From the IMG/VR virus record IMGVR_UViG_3300032212_000041, positions 1 to 42,190 of that record: 42,190 nt of DNA; one strand, 5' to 3'. Below the pieces are notes generated by a model. It ran no database searches and was not told the origin of the DNA. It was given only the letters and a program-made list of their open reading frames with translations. The stretch comes from a virus. Lineage: Duplodnaviria > Caudoviricetes. The position numbers and the translations under genes are program-made. Shown here in pieces: positions 8,617 through 17,100 of this stretch; the stretch's first letter is position 1; every line of letters starts with the position of its first letter.

Positions 8617-8740
8617 CGCCAAGGGTAACTGGCCACCGGAGGCGACATGAGAAACAAGAAAGAATTTAAAACAGGAACGCATGACAATAAGTGTTTGTTA
8701 AACGGTGCTGTAGGTGGTCAAGTTAAATCGACTGTTATAT
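8611..8740 (+). repeat. attC-like imperfect inverted repeat
   Basis: ACTTAAC-N8-TAACTGGCCACC ... GGTGGTCAAGTTA-N8-GTTATAT; the upstream stop codon lies in the TAAC box. Confidence 0.55.
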
Positions 8741-9198
8741 TTGAATCAAACGAGGAAATTGAAATGAAAGAGCTATTGGCATTAAGAGAAGTCTATGAAA
8801 CAGGTTTGGCGTTGAGGCTAACCGCGCCAGTCGATGATGATTTTCCCAAGATGATGCATAACTTTGATTCGGCTTTAAGACATGCTGAGTTATCTATAAA
8901 TACGTTTAGCCAAAACAACTTAAATTGGTTAGCTAGCCGACAGTATGAATGGGTTCAACGTATGGGCTGGCATAATAAATCAGTTTTAGAAGCGCTTGCG
9001 TTAATTGCCAGCGAAGTGGGCGAAGCAGTTAACGAGTGTCGCGGCGATGAACCATCAGAAAAATTTGGTGAAGAATTAGCTGACATAATATTGCGAACTC
9101 TTGACCTTGCCATGTGGCAGGGATTAGATATCGAAAAACTGATCGCTGACAAAATGACTAAAAATGAAATTAATGGAACACGCGGTCGAAAAATCTAA
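8647..9198 (+). CDS. MazG-like nucleotide pyrophosphohydrolase domain protein
   Basis: LALIASEVGEAVNECR...EELADIILRTLDLA....DIE..I..KM.KN. Confidence 0.88.
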   Translation: MRNKKEFKTGTHDNKCLLNGAVGGQVKSTVIFESNEEIEMKELLALREVYETGLALRLTAPVDDDFPKMMHNFDSALRHAELSINTFSQNNLNWLASRQYEWVQRMGWHNKSVLEALALIASEVGEAVNECRGDEPSEKFGEELADIILRTLDLAMWQGLDIEKLIADKMTKNEINGTRGRKI

Positions 9199-9249
9199 CT
9201 TTCAACATATTAACGGTCCGATTGATGGCCGTTGTTATGTCGTATCGAG

Positions 9250-9420
9250 GTGATTTTAAAGAGGGTTAACGAAGTGACTAAGTGGGCAGGATGGCATAGA
9301 CGGGTAACGCCTCACTACTCATCCGACAAGCGAATGGTTCACGTATTCAAGCGGTGTGTTGTTGCACTTTATTCGACGGAAACGCTGGTAAGTATCGACG
9401 CCCACCCTCTTCAAAGTTAC
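9250..9420 (+). ncRNA. candidate structured RNA
   Basis: 17-bp closing helix 9250-9266/9404-9420 with G-U pairs, internal hairpins, then a T-tract. Confidence 0.35.
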
Positions 9421-9438
9421 TTTTTATAAAATAGGTAA

Positions 9439-9621
9439 TTGAATATGAGCAATGAATTAAATACCCCAACAATTAGGGCGCTACGAAACTTAATAGCAAA
9501 CATTGACGCTGGTAACGCTAATGTTGATTTGTTTGATGTAGATAATTTAAGTCCCGAAACGGCGCAATTTAACATTATTGTGACAGTGCCGGAAAACAAG
9601 ATTCTTGACGTCAATCTTTGA
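9439..9621 (+). CDS. hypothetical protein
   Basis: ORF with AGGT RBS, in operon orientation. Confidence 0.6.
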   Translation: MNMSNELNTPTIRALRNLIANIDAGNANVDLFDVDNLSPETAQFNIIVTVPENKILDVNL

Positions 9622-9656
9622 CACCTAACCATAAGCAGACATCAATTGAGTGAATC

Positions 9657-9938
9657 ATGAACTTACAAGAAGAAACATTAGACATTCATGTTGACCCTGA
9701 ATTACAAAAACAACTTCATTCGGGTATGACGCCAATATACAAATACATCCCCGATCCAAATGAATTCAAAACTGATCGTGACAAATATGGCGATATAGGA
9801 AATGAATACATTGTTTTCTCCTGCAAAGAGGCACTTTATGGAATTGTTGTATGGGTTAAATATGACAGAGGATGGATTGCAAACCCATTTTGCTATCGCC
9901 CACTCATCGCACATTTGTTAAATAGAATTGGCAATTGA
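9657..9938 (+). CDS. hypothetical protein
   Basis: 93-aa ORF in operon orientation. Confidence 0.7.
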   Translation: MNLQEETLDIHVDPELQKQLHSGMTPIYKYIPDPNEFKTDRDKYGDIGNEYIVFSCKEALYGIVVWVKYDRGWIANPFCYRPLIAHLLNRIGN

Positions 9939-10138
9939 ACATGAGAAATCAAACATTAGAACTATTTCCAGACACCAAACCACCACGAGCAAAGCCTCGA
10001 AAAATGGCACATATAATTGATGGTGGCCCAGATGCAGTAATGTTTGAGTGCTCATGCGGTTGGAATAGTGACTGGGCACATAATAATTTTACTTATACAG
10101 AAATTAAACGCGGTATTCCATGTGAGAGGTGTAATTAA
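9935..10138 (+). CDS. small Zn-finger protein
   Basis: FECSCGW...RGIPCERCN. Confidence 0.75.
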   Translation: MNMRNQTLELFPDTKPPRAKPRKMAHIIDGGPDAVMFECSCGWNSDWAHNNFTYTEIKRGIPCERCN

Positions 10139-10140
10139 AA

Positions 10141-10392
10141 ATGAAGATACAACGGAATGTAATGACTGAAGTTGACGTCGAGGTGAGTGTTGATATAGAG
10201 GATATCGTTAACGCATTACTCGAAAGCCCAGATCACATGCGCCACGTTGATCAAGGGCTAAATAATATCTATAGATTTTTATCCGCTATTTCTAATGAAA
10301 TGATTGCGGAAATGAAACCTGAAAAAAAAGAAATTATTCGGAATTACCTCAAAGAACAGAGTGAGCGATTTAACACATCAAGTGAGCATTAA
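10141..10392 (+). CDS. hypothetical protein
   Basis: Tightly packed ORF directly before xis. Confidence 0.7.
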   Translation: MKIQRNVMTEVDVEVSVDIEDIVNALLESPDHMRHVDQGLNNIYRFLSAISNEMIAEMKPEKKEIIRNYLKEQSERFNTSSEH

Positions 10393-10653
10393 ATGGCCCT
10401 AATGAAGTTGTCCACATTTCAAAAAACTTTCCACGAAGGTGACGCGCCAGATTCGCGCACAGTGATTTCATGGATTGAAAAAGGGACGATTTTCGGCCAA
10501 ATTTACTCACAAAAATCGATTTATGTTGACCCAGACAAGCCAGCACCAATATCATTAATGGAAACGGCCTCCGCCAATGACGGCGAGATACCTGATAACC
10601 CATTGATACATAAGGTACTGAACAACCTTGGCGCGACAAATTCGGATGAATAA
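10393..10653 (+). CDS. xis: excisionase
   Basis: LMKLSTF.......PDSRTVISWIEKGTIFG...YVD wHTH pattern; directly upstream of int. Confidence 0.8.
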   Translation: MALMKLSTFQKTFHEGDAPDSRTVISWIEKGTIFGQIYSQKSIYVDPDKPAPISLMETASANDGEIPDNPLIHKVLNNLGATNSDE

Positions 10654-11764
10654 TAAACTGCCCGATTACCTTTATCCCTACAAAGGCGCGAACGGGCGCA
10701 CGTATTATAAATACAAACACCCGACAATGGACAAATCGGAGTCATTTGGATCGGATAAAAAGAAAGCTGTTGAAGCTGCAAGGTACCTCAACCGAGAACT
10801 GGGCAATTCAGAAGATTTAATAACCAGAGTATTAACCCCAAAAAAATCAGGCGACACCGTAAGCGATTACATTCCGCGCTTCCGTAAACACTTAAAAACT
10901 CGAACAGTAAACCATGAGCCGCTATCAGAACACACCCTGAAAGCCTACAATCAAATCATCAATACATTTGAGCCATTCATCGGTGACACGCCGATTGCCA
11001 GCGTCACGCGCGCAGATTGCGTTGAAATATTGGATTCTTACCCCATCAAAAGTCGCAACAAGAACCAAGCTATTTTATCCATGATGTTTAAATACGCACT
11101 ATCAGACGGATTAACCGAAGACAATCCAGTTGCAAAGATCATGGTAACACCGAAACAAAAAGTCACCCGCCAACCACTAACACTGGAAGGATACCGAGCA
11201 ATATACCCACACGCCGAAACTTGCATTCAAATCGCCATGTCACTGGAACTCATCACACTTCAACGCAGAGGTGACATAAGAACATTCAAAAAATCAGAAT
11301 GGAAAGATGGCATCACAAAATTAATCCAATCAAAAACGTATCGCCACGGCCCCGCTGCCTATTTGGAATTTGATTTTGTAGGTACCGAACTCGAGCAAGT
11401 AATCGAACGCGCCAATAAAAGCGATATTCCGTCGCCCTACCTTGTCCACTACCGACCCAGATATAAAAACCGGAAAAACGAAGAATGCGACCACTGGTCC
11501 CAACTCAGCCGCGAGCAAATAAGCAAAGGTTTTGCTAAAGCCAGAAAATTATCCGGCTATTACGAACATTTAACCCCCAAAGAAAAACCCACCTTTCACG
11601 AAATCCGAGCACTAGGTGCAAACCTTTATTTAGAAAAAGGCTGGACTGAAGAAGACATTCAAAAGTTATTAGGTCACACCAAACTTAGTCAAACTTTTGA
11701 GTATTTGTATCGCGGGAAAGCGCGTTTCACCAAGACAAAAACACCGGATTTAGATATTAAATAA
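10628..11764 (+). CDS. int: lambda-type tyrosine integrase
   Basis: Arm-binding N-terminus (LPDYLY...YYKYKHP); TLQRRGDI, TFHEIRALGA, LLGH...Y catalytic residues. Confidence 0.96.
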   Translation: MARQIRMNNKLPDYLYPYKGANGRTYYKYKHPTMDKSESFGSDKKKAVEAARYLNRELGNSEDLITRVLTPKKSGDTVSDYIPRFRKHLKTRTVNHEPLSEHTLKAYNQIINTFEPFIGDTPIASVTRADCVEILDSYPIKSRNKNQAILSMMFKYALSDGLTEDNPVAKIMVTPKQKVTRQPLTLEGYRAIYPHAETCIQIAMSLELITLQRRGDIRTFKKSEWKDGITKLIQSKTYRHGPAAYLEFDFVGTELEQVIERANKSDIPSPYLVHYRPRYKNRKNEECDHWSQLSREQISKGFAKARKLSGYYEHLTPKEKPTFHEIRALGANLYLEKGWTEEDIQKLLGHTKLSQTFEYLYRGKARFTKTKTPDLDIK

Positions 11765-11775
11765 GAAAAGTTTTT

Positions 11776-12023
11776 TCTAATTTCTTTCTAATTTTATCTA
11801 ATTATTTTTTGAAGGGTTATTTAGAGGTGTGTAAGCTGTTGAATATAAAGATAAATTTGGTCGGGACGAGAGGATTTGAACCTCCGACCCCTACAACCCC
11901 ATTTATATATTGGGAGATAGTTAAGTTGTTGATACTATTAACAAAACAACCTATTCACGTACCCCAAATACAAGCATTATAATGCAAATAGAAACAATAA
12001 CTTAGAGTTGTTTTTTTCTAATT
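11776..12023. promoter_or_regulatory. attP arms: Int arm-type repeats and IHF site
   Basis: TCTAATT at 11776, 11787, 11797 and 12017; TATCAACAACTTA (11934-11922) fits WATCAANNNNTTR. Confidence 0.7.
11858..11902 (-). other. attP core: 3' half of tRNA-Pro(GGG)
   Basis: ATGGGGTTGTAGGGGTCGGAGGTTCAAATCCTCTCGTCCCGACCA (anticodon loop, T arm, acceptor strand, CCA); 5' half absent. Confidence 0.9.
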
Positions 12024-12147
12024 AAATATCGAGCCCTTTCATATCCCGTTAATCACTTATCTGTTTTAATAAATACTTCATATCAAAACTATAAAATGGA
12101 TCACAGTATTAATATATACATTTGTGCTAATATTGTATATAAACCTA

Positions 12148-12169
12148 ATTTGTATTATATAATACAAAT
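12148..12169. promoter_or_regulatory. 22-bp perfect palindrome overlapping a TATAAT box
   Basis: ATTTGTATTAT|ATAATACAAAT. Confidence 0.6.
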
Positions 12170-12236
12170 AGGGCTAGATATCGGCCACGAAACAAGCTAG
12201 ACTCCAAAACCCAATACACAAGGATCGGGGATTATC

Positions 12237-12548
12237 ATGGAGTTGAGACAAGTTTATAACCGTATGTTGTTCGTTGCTAACCATTTTTTAGAAAATGCAT
12301 CACACTTAACACTTGAATCTCTAAAGGAATATGATCCAAGTGTCGATCAAATATCTAAGAATATGCGAATGTTGGCAACAATCTTGAAAGATTTAGCTGG
12401 CGACAATTATGAAGACAGCAACATGGCAATGAATGCTTTTCAATGTTGTCTAATTATGGAAAGGCTTGCAGATGCCGTCGCTTCGAACAACGGAGATGAC
12501 CTAGAAACTATTGTTAAAGAGTTTGAGATACACGTAAATGTTCCATAA
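12237..12548 (+). CDS. acidic helical hypothetical protein (moron gene 1)
   Basis: 103 aa; GGGGA RBS. Confidence 0.8.
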   Translation: MELRQVYNRMLFVANHFLENASHLTLESLKEYDPSVDQISKNMRMLATILKDLAGDNYEDSNMAMNAFQCCLIMERLADAVASNNGDDLETIVKEFEIHVNVP

Positions 12549-12563
12549 GTCAGGAGAGAGGCT

Positions 12564-12698
12564 ATGAAAATGACAGAAATTGAAAGAAAAAGATTAATAA
12601 AAAAAGCTCACATGTTGATAGATGACACTGAAATGCATCTCAATTTCATCATTGACTCAATTAAGGCTAAAAAGGCTTCTAAAGTCAAAGCCGCATAG
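12564..12698 (+). CDS. 44-aa basic protein (moron gene 2)
   Basis: Not in the ORF track. MKMTEIERKRLIKKAHMLIDDTEMHLNFIIDSIKAKKASKVKAA; RBS AGGAGAGAGG. Confidence 0.7.
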   Translation: MKMTEIERKRLIKKAHMLIDDTEMHLNFIIDSIKAKKASKVKAA

Positions 12699-12718
12699 CT
12701 TTTTCATAACAACATTAT

Positions 12719-12746
12719 TAAAACCCGCTTTCATGGCGGGTTTTTT
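12719..12746. terminator. bidirectional intrinsic terminator
   Basis: AAAACCCGC-TTTCATG-GCGGGTTTTTT between convergent genes. Confidence 0.85.
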
Positions 12747-12766
12747 GTTTCTAACACCGCAATATT

Positions 12767-13003
12767 TTACTTTACAATATCTTTCTTATTGATCTGATCA
12801 ATATCTGCTGGTTGATCTTTGCGAGTAGCACCTAACCAATAATTAAGCACTTGAGTGAAGCCAGAAAACCAAGCGCCCACCATGATATTTACAATGCCAC
12901 TTTCTCTGGCTTCTTGGCTGGACAAATAAAAATATATAATCAAACCGGCACCAATCACGATTGCAAATGATATCAAGGCTGGCATATGACTTTGTCTTTT
13001 CAT
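12767..13003 (-). CDS. 2-TM holin-like membrane protein (start likely MKRQSH)
   Basis: Two TM helices; FTQVLNYWLGAT motif; last gene of the lysis region. Confidence 0.6.
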   Translation of the reverse strand: MKRQSHMPALISFAIVIGAGLIIYFYLSSQEARESGIVNIMVGAWFSGFTQVLNYWLGATRKDQPADIDQINKKDIVK

Positions 13004-13004
13004 A

Positions 13005-13325
13005 CTATGCACCCACCTGAATATCAGTCCCATCCCAAACAAATTGATCCAACGGGTAATGTTGTTTGCATCCAACACAAAAAGTGCCATTGTAAAATTT
13101 TGGGTTTCTTGCATAAGTTTCCGCGATTGAACGATTCATGGTTGTGACCATGCCACATGTTTTATGTATATATCTCATGCGCACAGGCCTAACAAAACCT
13201 TTCGCCCTTTCTTCATCTGAAAGAACGACGTACCCTTTTTGCATTCCTGTTTTTGGATCGATCTCCCGGTGATCACCAGCAACTGGTGTTCCATCCGTTA
13301 ATGTAGTTTTCGATTTTTCGTGCAT
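13005..13325 (-). CDS. hypothetical Zn-binding phage protein
   Basis: HKTCG...FCVGC. Confidence 0.8.
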   Translation of the reverse strand: MHEKSKTTLTDGTPVAGDHREIDPKTGMQKGYVVLSDEERAKGFVRPVRMRYIHKTCGMVTTMNRSIAETYARNPKFYNGTFCVGCKQHYPLDQFVWDGTDIQVGA

Positions 13326-13534
13326 CGTTTTTTACCTCGCTTAAATTGCGCTGCTTCGTCATTCGCGGCCTGAACAATTGGCTGTAGTTCCGTGATATTT
13401 TCGAATTCAACCTTCAACGTAATACAATTCTTTGTTGGACCGTTAAATTCCAGATATTTAAAACCACCTTTGTCAAGACATCGTTTAAATATCGGCAGTT
13501 TCCAGTCATCTAAAACAATACCCGCTGTTTTCAT
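13298..13534 (-). CDS. hypothetical protein
   Basis: Coupled to the endolysin. Confidence 0.7.
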   Translation of the reverse strand: MKTAGIVLDDWKLPIFKRCLDKGGFKYLEFNGPTKNCITLKVEFENITELQPIVQAANDEAAQFKRGKKRCTKNRKLH

Positions 13535-13535
13535 C

Positions 13536-13901
13536 TCAATAACTCCACATTTTCAAATGAGGTCGTGCGTCGTCTAGGTGAATTATTCGACCCTCGCCTT
13601 TCTGATTAACACCAAATCCCTTAAAACCCATCCTATAACCAACAGCAACAAGCTCTACCGCGTTAGCATGACTCGCTAGGATATCAACAGCTCGGCCAGT
13701 GGTATGTGGGCCAGTGCGACTTTGGGTGCTAGAAACTTTTTCATTGTGATCCGGGCATCGATAACCAGACGTGATAATAAAAGGAAAGCCAACCGCCTGT
13801 CGTAATTCGTCAAGCTTATCAACAAACGAGGCGTCAATATCATTTCCACGGCACCCGCATTGACAGGTGAATTCGTGAAATTGAAAATAGCGCCAGTTCA
13901 C
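13536..13901 (-). CDS. endolysin, peptidase M15 family
   Basis: EFTCQCGC...ITSGYRCPDHN...HTTGRAVDI...IHLD. Confidence 0.92.
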   Translation of the reverse strand: MNWRYFQFHEFTCQCGCRGNDIDASFVDKLDELRQAVGFPFIITSGYRCPDHNEKVSSTQSRTGPHTTGRAVDILASHANAVELVAVGYRMGFKGFGVNQKGEGRIIHLDDARPHLKMWSY

Positions 13902-14161
13902 TGTCTTTCCTGCGATCGCTCAAGTATTTTTGTGCGTTTATGGTTGTAGTACCACATAACCAAAAACGAACTAATTGCTATACAAACACCGATTAATGAT
14001 TCGATACTTTGAAAGACAATTCCGTACACAATTACCGTTCCACTAGTGCTTATTGTCACGGTTGATGCGATTCCTGCTGCTTTTTCTGCCATGTCATGCC
14101 CTGTTTGATCCATGTCAACCCCACTAAAAGAATTATTATTCTTGATTAAATAACCACTCAA
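13898..14161 (-). CDS. putative holin (true start probably downstream)
   Basis: TM segments, WYY and a basic tail; directly upstream of the endolysin. Confidence 0.7.
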   Translation of the reverse strand: MSGYLIKNNNSFSGVDMDQTGHDMAEKAAGIASTVTISTSGTVIVYGIVFQSIESLIGVCIAISSFLVMWYYNHKRTKILERSQERQ

Positions 14162-14196
14162 TTAACCAGAAATATTACGGCGTTTGATTTTCTTAC

Positions 14197-17100
14197 TTAT
14201 TCATCTTGTTGATATTTATACTCGGATGACAGCATCGTAAACGCACCACCAGTACCATCGTAATTTTTTATATAAAATGAAATCGGATAGGGATTAGAGG
14301 CATTAGGTAAATTTGTACTTATTGTCGCCTTTAATACACCATCTACATAAAATTTCACATTTGTACCAGATGTAAATACCGCCTCCAATTTAAAAGAAGA
14401 CGCAGACGCCCAACTCACACCAGTATCTATTTTTGTACTTGTCGTCGCTTGTTCGCATTCAGCCCATATATTTCCATTGACACTCGGTCTACTAGAAAAA
14501 CCATAATGCTGATTAGTCAATGCGCCTACACCAATAAACACCTCATAATATGTTCCGTTAAAACCGCGAATTTTAGACTTAAATCTGGAATTTTTAGAAA
14601 AAGAAGTTTCCGTTAACGCATATATACCAATATCTCGCTGCGCCCTGGCCTCATCATTAGTATTAGTACCGCACGTCAACTCCAACCCACCATCCACAAC
14701 CACAGACGACCCACCGCCATTTGTATACGTATTAAATCCATCTAACGTGTCGTAATATGTATGCCAATAAATCCCGTCATTGTTATATGCATCAGCGCCT
14801 AATAATTTTGAATCCCTACCTAATTTAAAATCGGTATCGAATTGCATGAATTTATCTAAACCATCGCCCACATATAAGCGAGGTGTTCCAGAGTTATATT
14901 GCAACTGTATACCGCTTGCCTGCCATGTGGCAGAATTGATATTTAATTCTCCATTGGCAAAATCGATATCGATTTTCGAGCCATTAGTAATTGAACCTGT
15001 CGTTGGTGTAATGCCAGCCTCCACCGCCGTTGTGGTGTTGTCGGCATTCGTTGGTGGTTTAGTGCCAGAAACATCACTACCATAATCTGCGGTGTTTTGT
15101 GTGGCCAGCGCACCTTGACCAGCAATGGAGGCAGCTTGATTTGCACTGGTCACGTCCGCATTGTCATCCGGCTTTGTTGCACCTGTTACGTCGGCAAAAT
15201 CAACCGATGATGCTGTAATACCTGTGGTGGTAACATTTGTCGGTGTGCTTGCCACCAAATTACTTTCATTACCTGTGCTGTCAATAGCCTTTATTTTGAT
15301 ATAAACATCGACCTCGGCACCAATACCGGGAATATTATATTTTTGTACAGTTCCCGGTTTGCCACTAGGGAATTTGCCAATAGAATCGGCAGGGTCTGTT
15401 GGGCTAGTGGTATCTTGAAATATTTCAATATATTTTAAGTCGGCGTCACTTGGATTTGTCCACTGAATTACTACTCCATTAGCCGAATCCGTTGTTAATG
15501 TAACGCCTGTCGGGTCGGATGGTGACGCCTCTTTACCGACAACCGTATGCGTAATCGATTTAAAATATGAGAAATTACCAAACGTATTAACGGCTTTGAT
15601 TATGATGAAATACTTTACTCCATCAACAACAGGGTATATGTAAGCACTTGTTGCGTCACGAGGCGGCTTATCTTCAATAATTCTTGGTTTTTCACCACTG
15701 CCACTTTCCGTGTACTGAATAACGTAATGATCAACATTTTGATCTGTACTGGCCGTCCAGCTTAATTTAATCCGACTAATTACTGTACCGTCTTTTAATG
15801 TCAATAAATCGGTTGGATCACTACTACTAGCACTTAAACCCGTTGGACCTTCGGGAACATGCTCATTATCGTCTGCACCTTCACTGACATTATCCGTGAT
15901 AAATTGAATTCTACCCGCTGAATTCGACATGTTTTGTGCAGTGGTAATACCAGTATAAAATGAATAGTTACTGGCTGGTGGTGGCGTAGAGCTACCAAAA
16001 AATTGCCTCGTTGGTGTGCCCACAACTGGAGAGATGCCGGTGTTAGCGGTTAATTTGTCATTGATGCTTGGAATCGTTACTGATCCACCATCCATCAACC
16101 AAAGTAAACAACCGGGCGCACCCGGACCGCCCGAGCTTGCATTGAGTGTATAGGCGCTTTTATATAAAACACTGTCACCACTCGCAGCGCCATTGCCACC
16201 ACTAATATTTATCGAGCCATTGACACCAAAACTTCCGCCACGAGAAATAATCATCAATCCCGCGCCGGATGCCCCACCATTTCCACCAATAGCAGAGTCG
16301 AGTATTACCGCACCCTCGCCATTAAAAAAGTAACCGCCATCAACCAGAAACGCTGCAGATCCCGTATCACCTGACGACCCCATTAAGTTTGTTGGTAGTC
16401 CGTTTAGGTTTGTGCCGTCGTAATCAATTTCAAAATTTTCTAGGGAATATTTTTCTTTTGTGACAACCGTTTGCCAATCCGGTGGTGATGAAAAAGCTGT
16501 TTCACCCGACCAGTTTTCCGATCCATGAATACGGCCCGGTGGAACAGGCGCAGACAAATAGTTGTTTGTGCCTGCCTCAATACCCACAACCGTAGAAACC
16601 GCACCCGATGACCCTTGCCCTGCGCCGTTAATGGTGCCATTAATGGTTAAATGCCCTTTTACCAGCAACCAGACATTTTTGTTAATCGTCAATGTCACAC
16701 CGGCATTGATAGTAAGATCGCCATCAAAATACCAAATACCCCCCGACATTAGGTTGCCACCTGCCAGTGTTTCATCAGCTGTTATTGCATTGGCTGAATA
16801 ATTGGTCAAGGTGTTTACATTGGTACCACCTTGCGACGTGTAATAGGCATCAGCCAGAACAGTTGATGAATTAGTTAAGACAGACACGCCGGGTTTTACC
16901 GTCGAGCCAAATAGTTTTAATAACACTTCCCCAGATTGCCAGTTGACAGTGCGCTGCTGAACCTCGAACGATTTGTCTAGGGTTTCATTGTCAGAAGTGT
17001 GCTCTCTGATCTTTGAATAGTTGACACGAACAATATCACCAACCTCAAGCGAGTTTAGGTGAGGCATGCATTTAATTGTCATCTCCGCTGGTGGCGCTGC

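Noticed and set aside
9232-9429. 65-aa CDS
   Set aside because: TTG start within the attC-like end and no RBS; better explained as structured RNA, though not excluded
10628-11764. Integron integrase serving the attC-like sites
   Set aside because: It has a lambda-type arm-binding domain, adjacent xis and attP, and no recognisable IntI-specific insertion
11858-11902. Functional tRNA-Pro gene
   Set aside because: Only the 3' half is present; the D arm and 5' acceptor strand are missing, so it is an attP core
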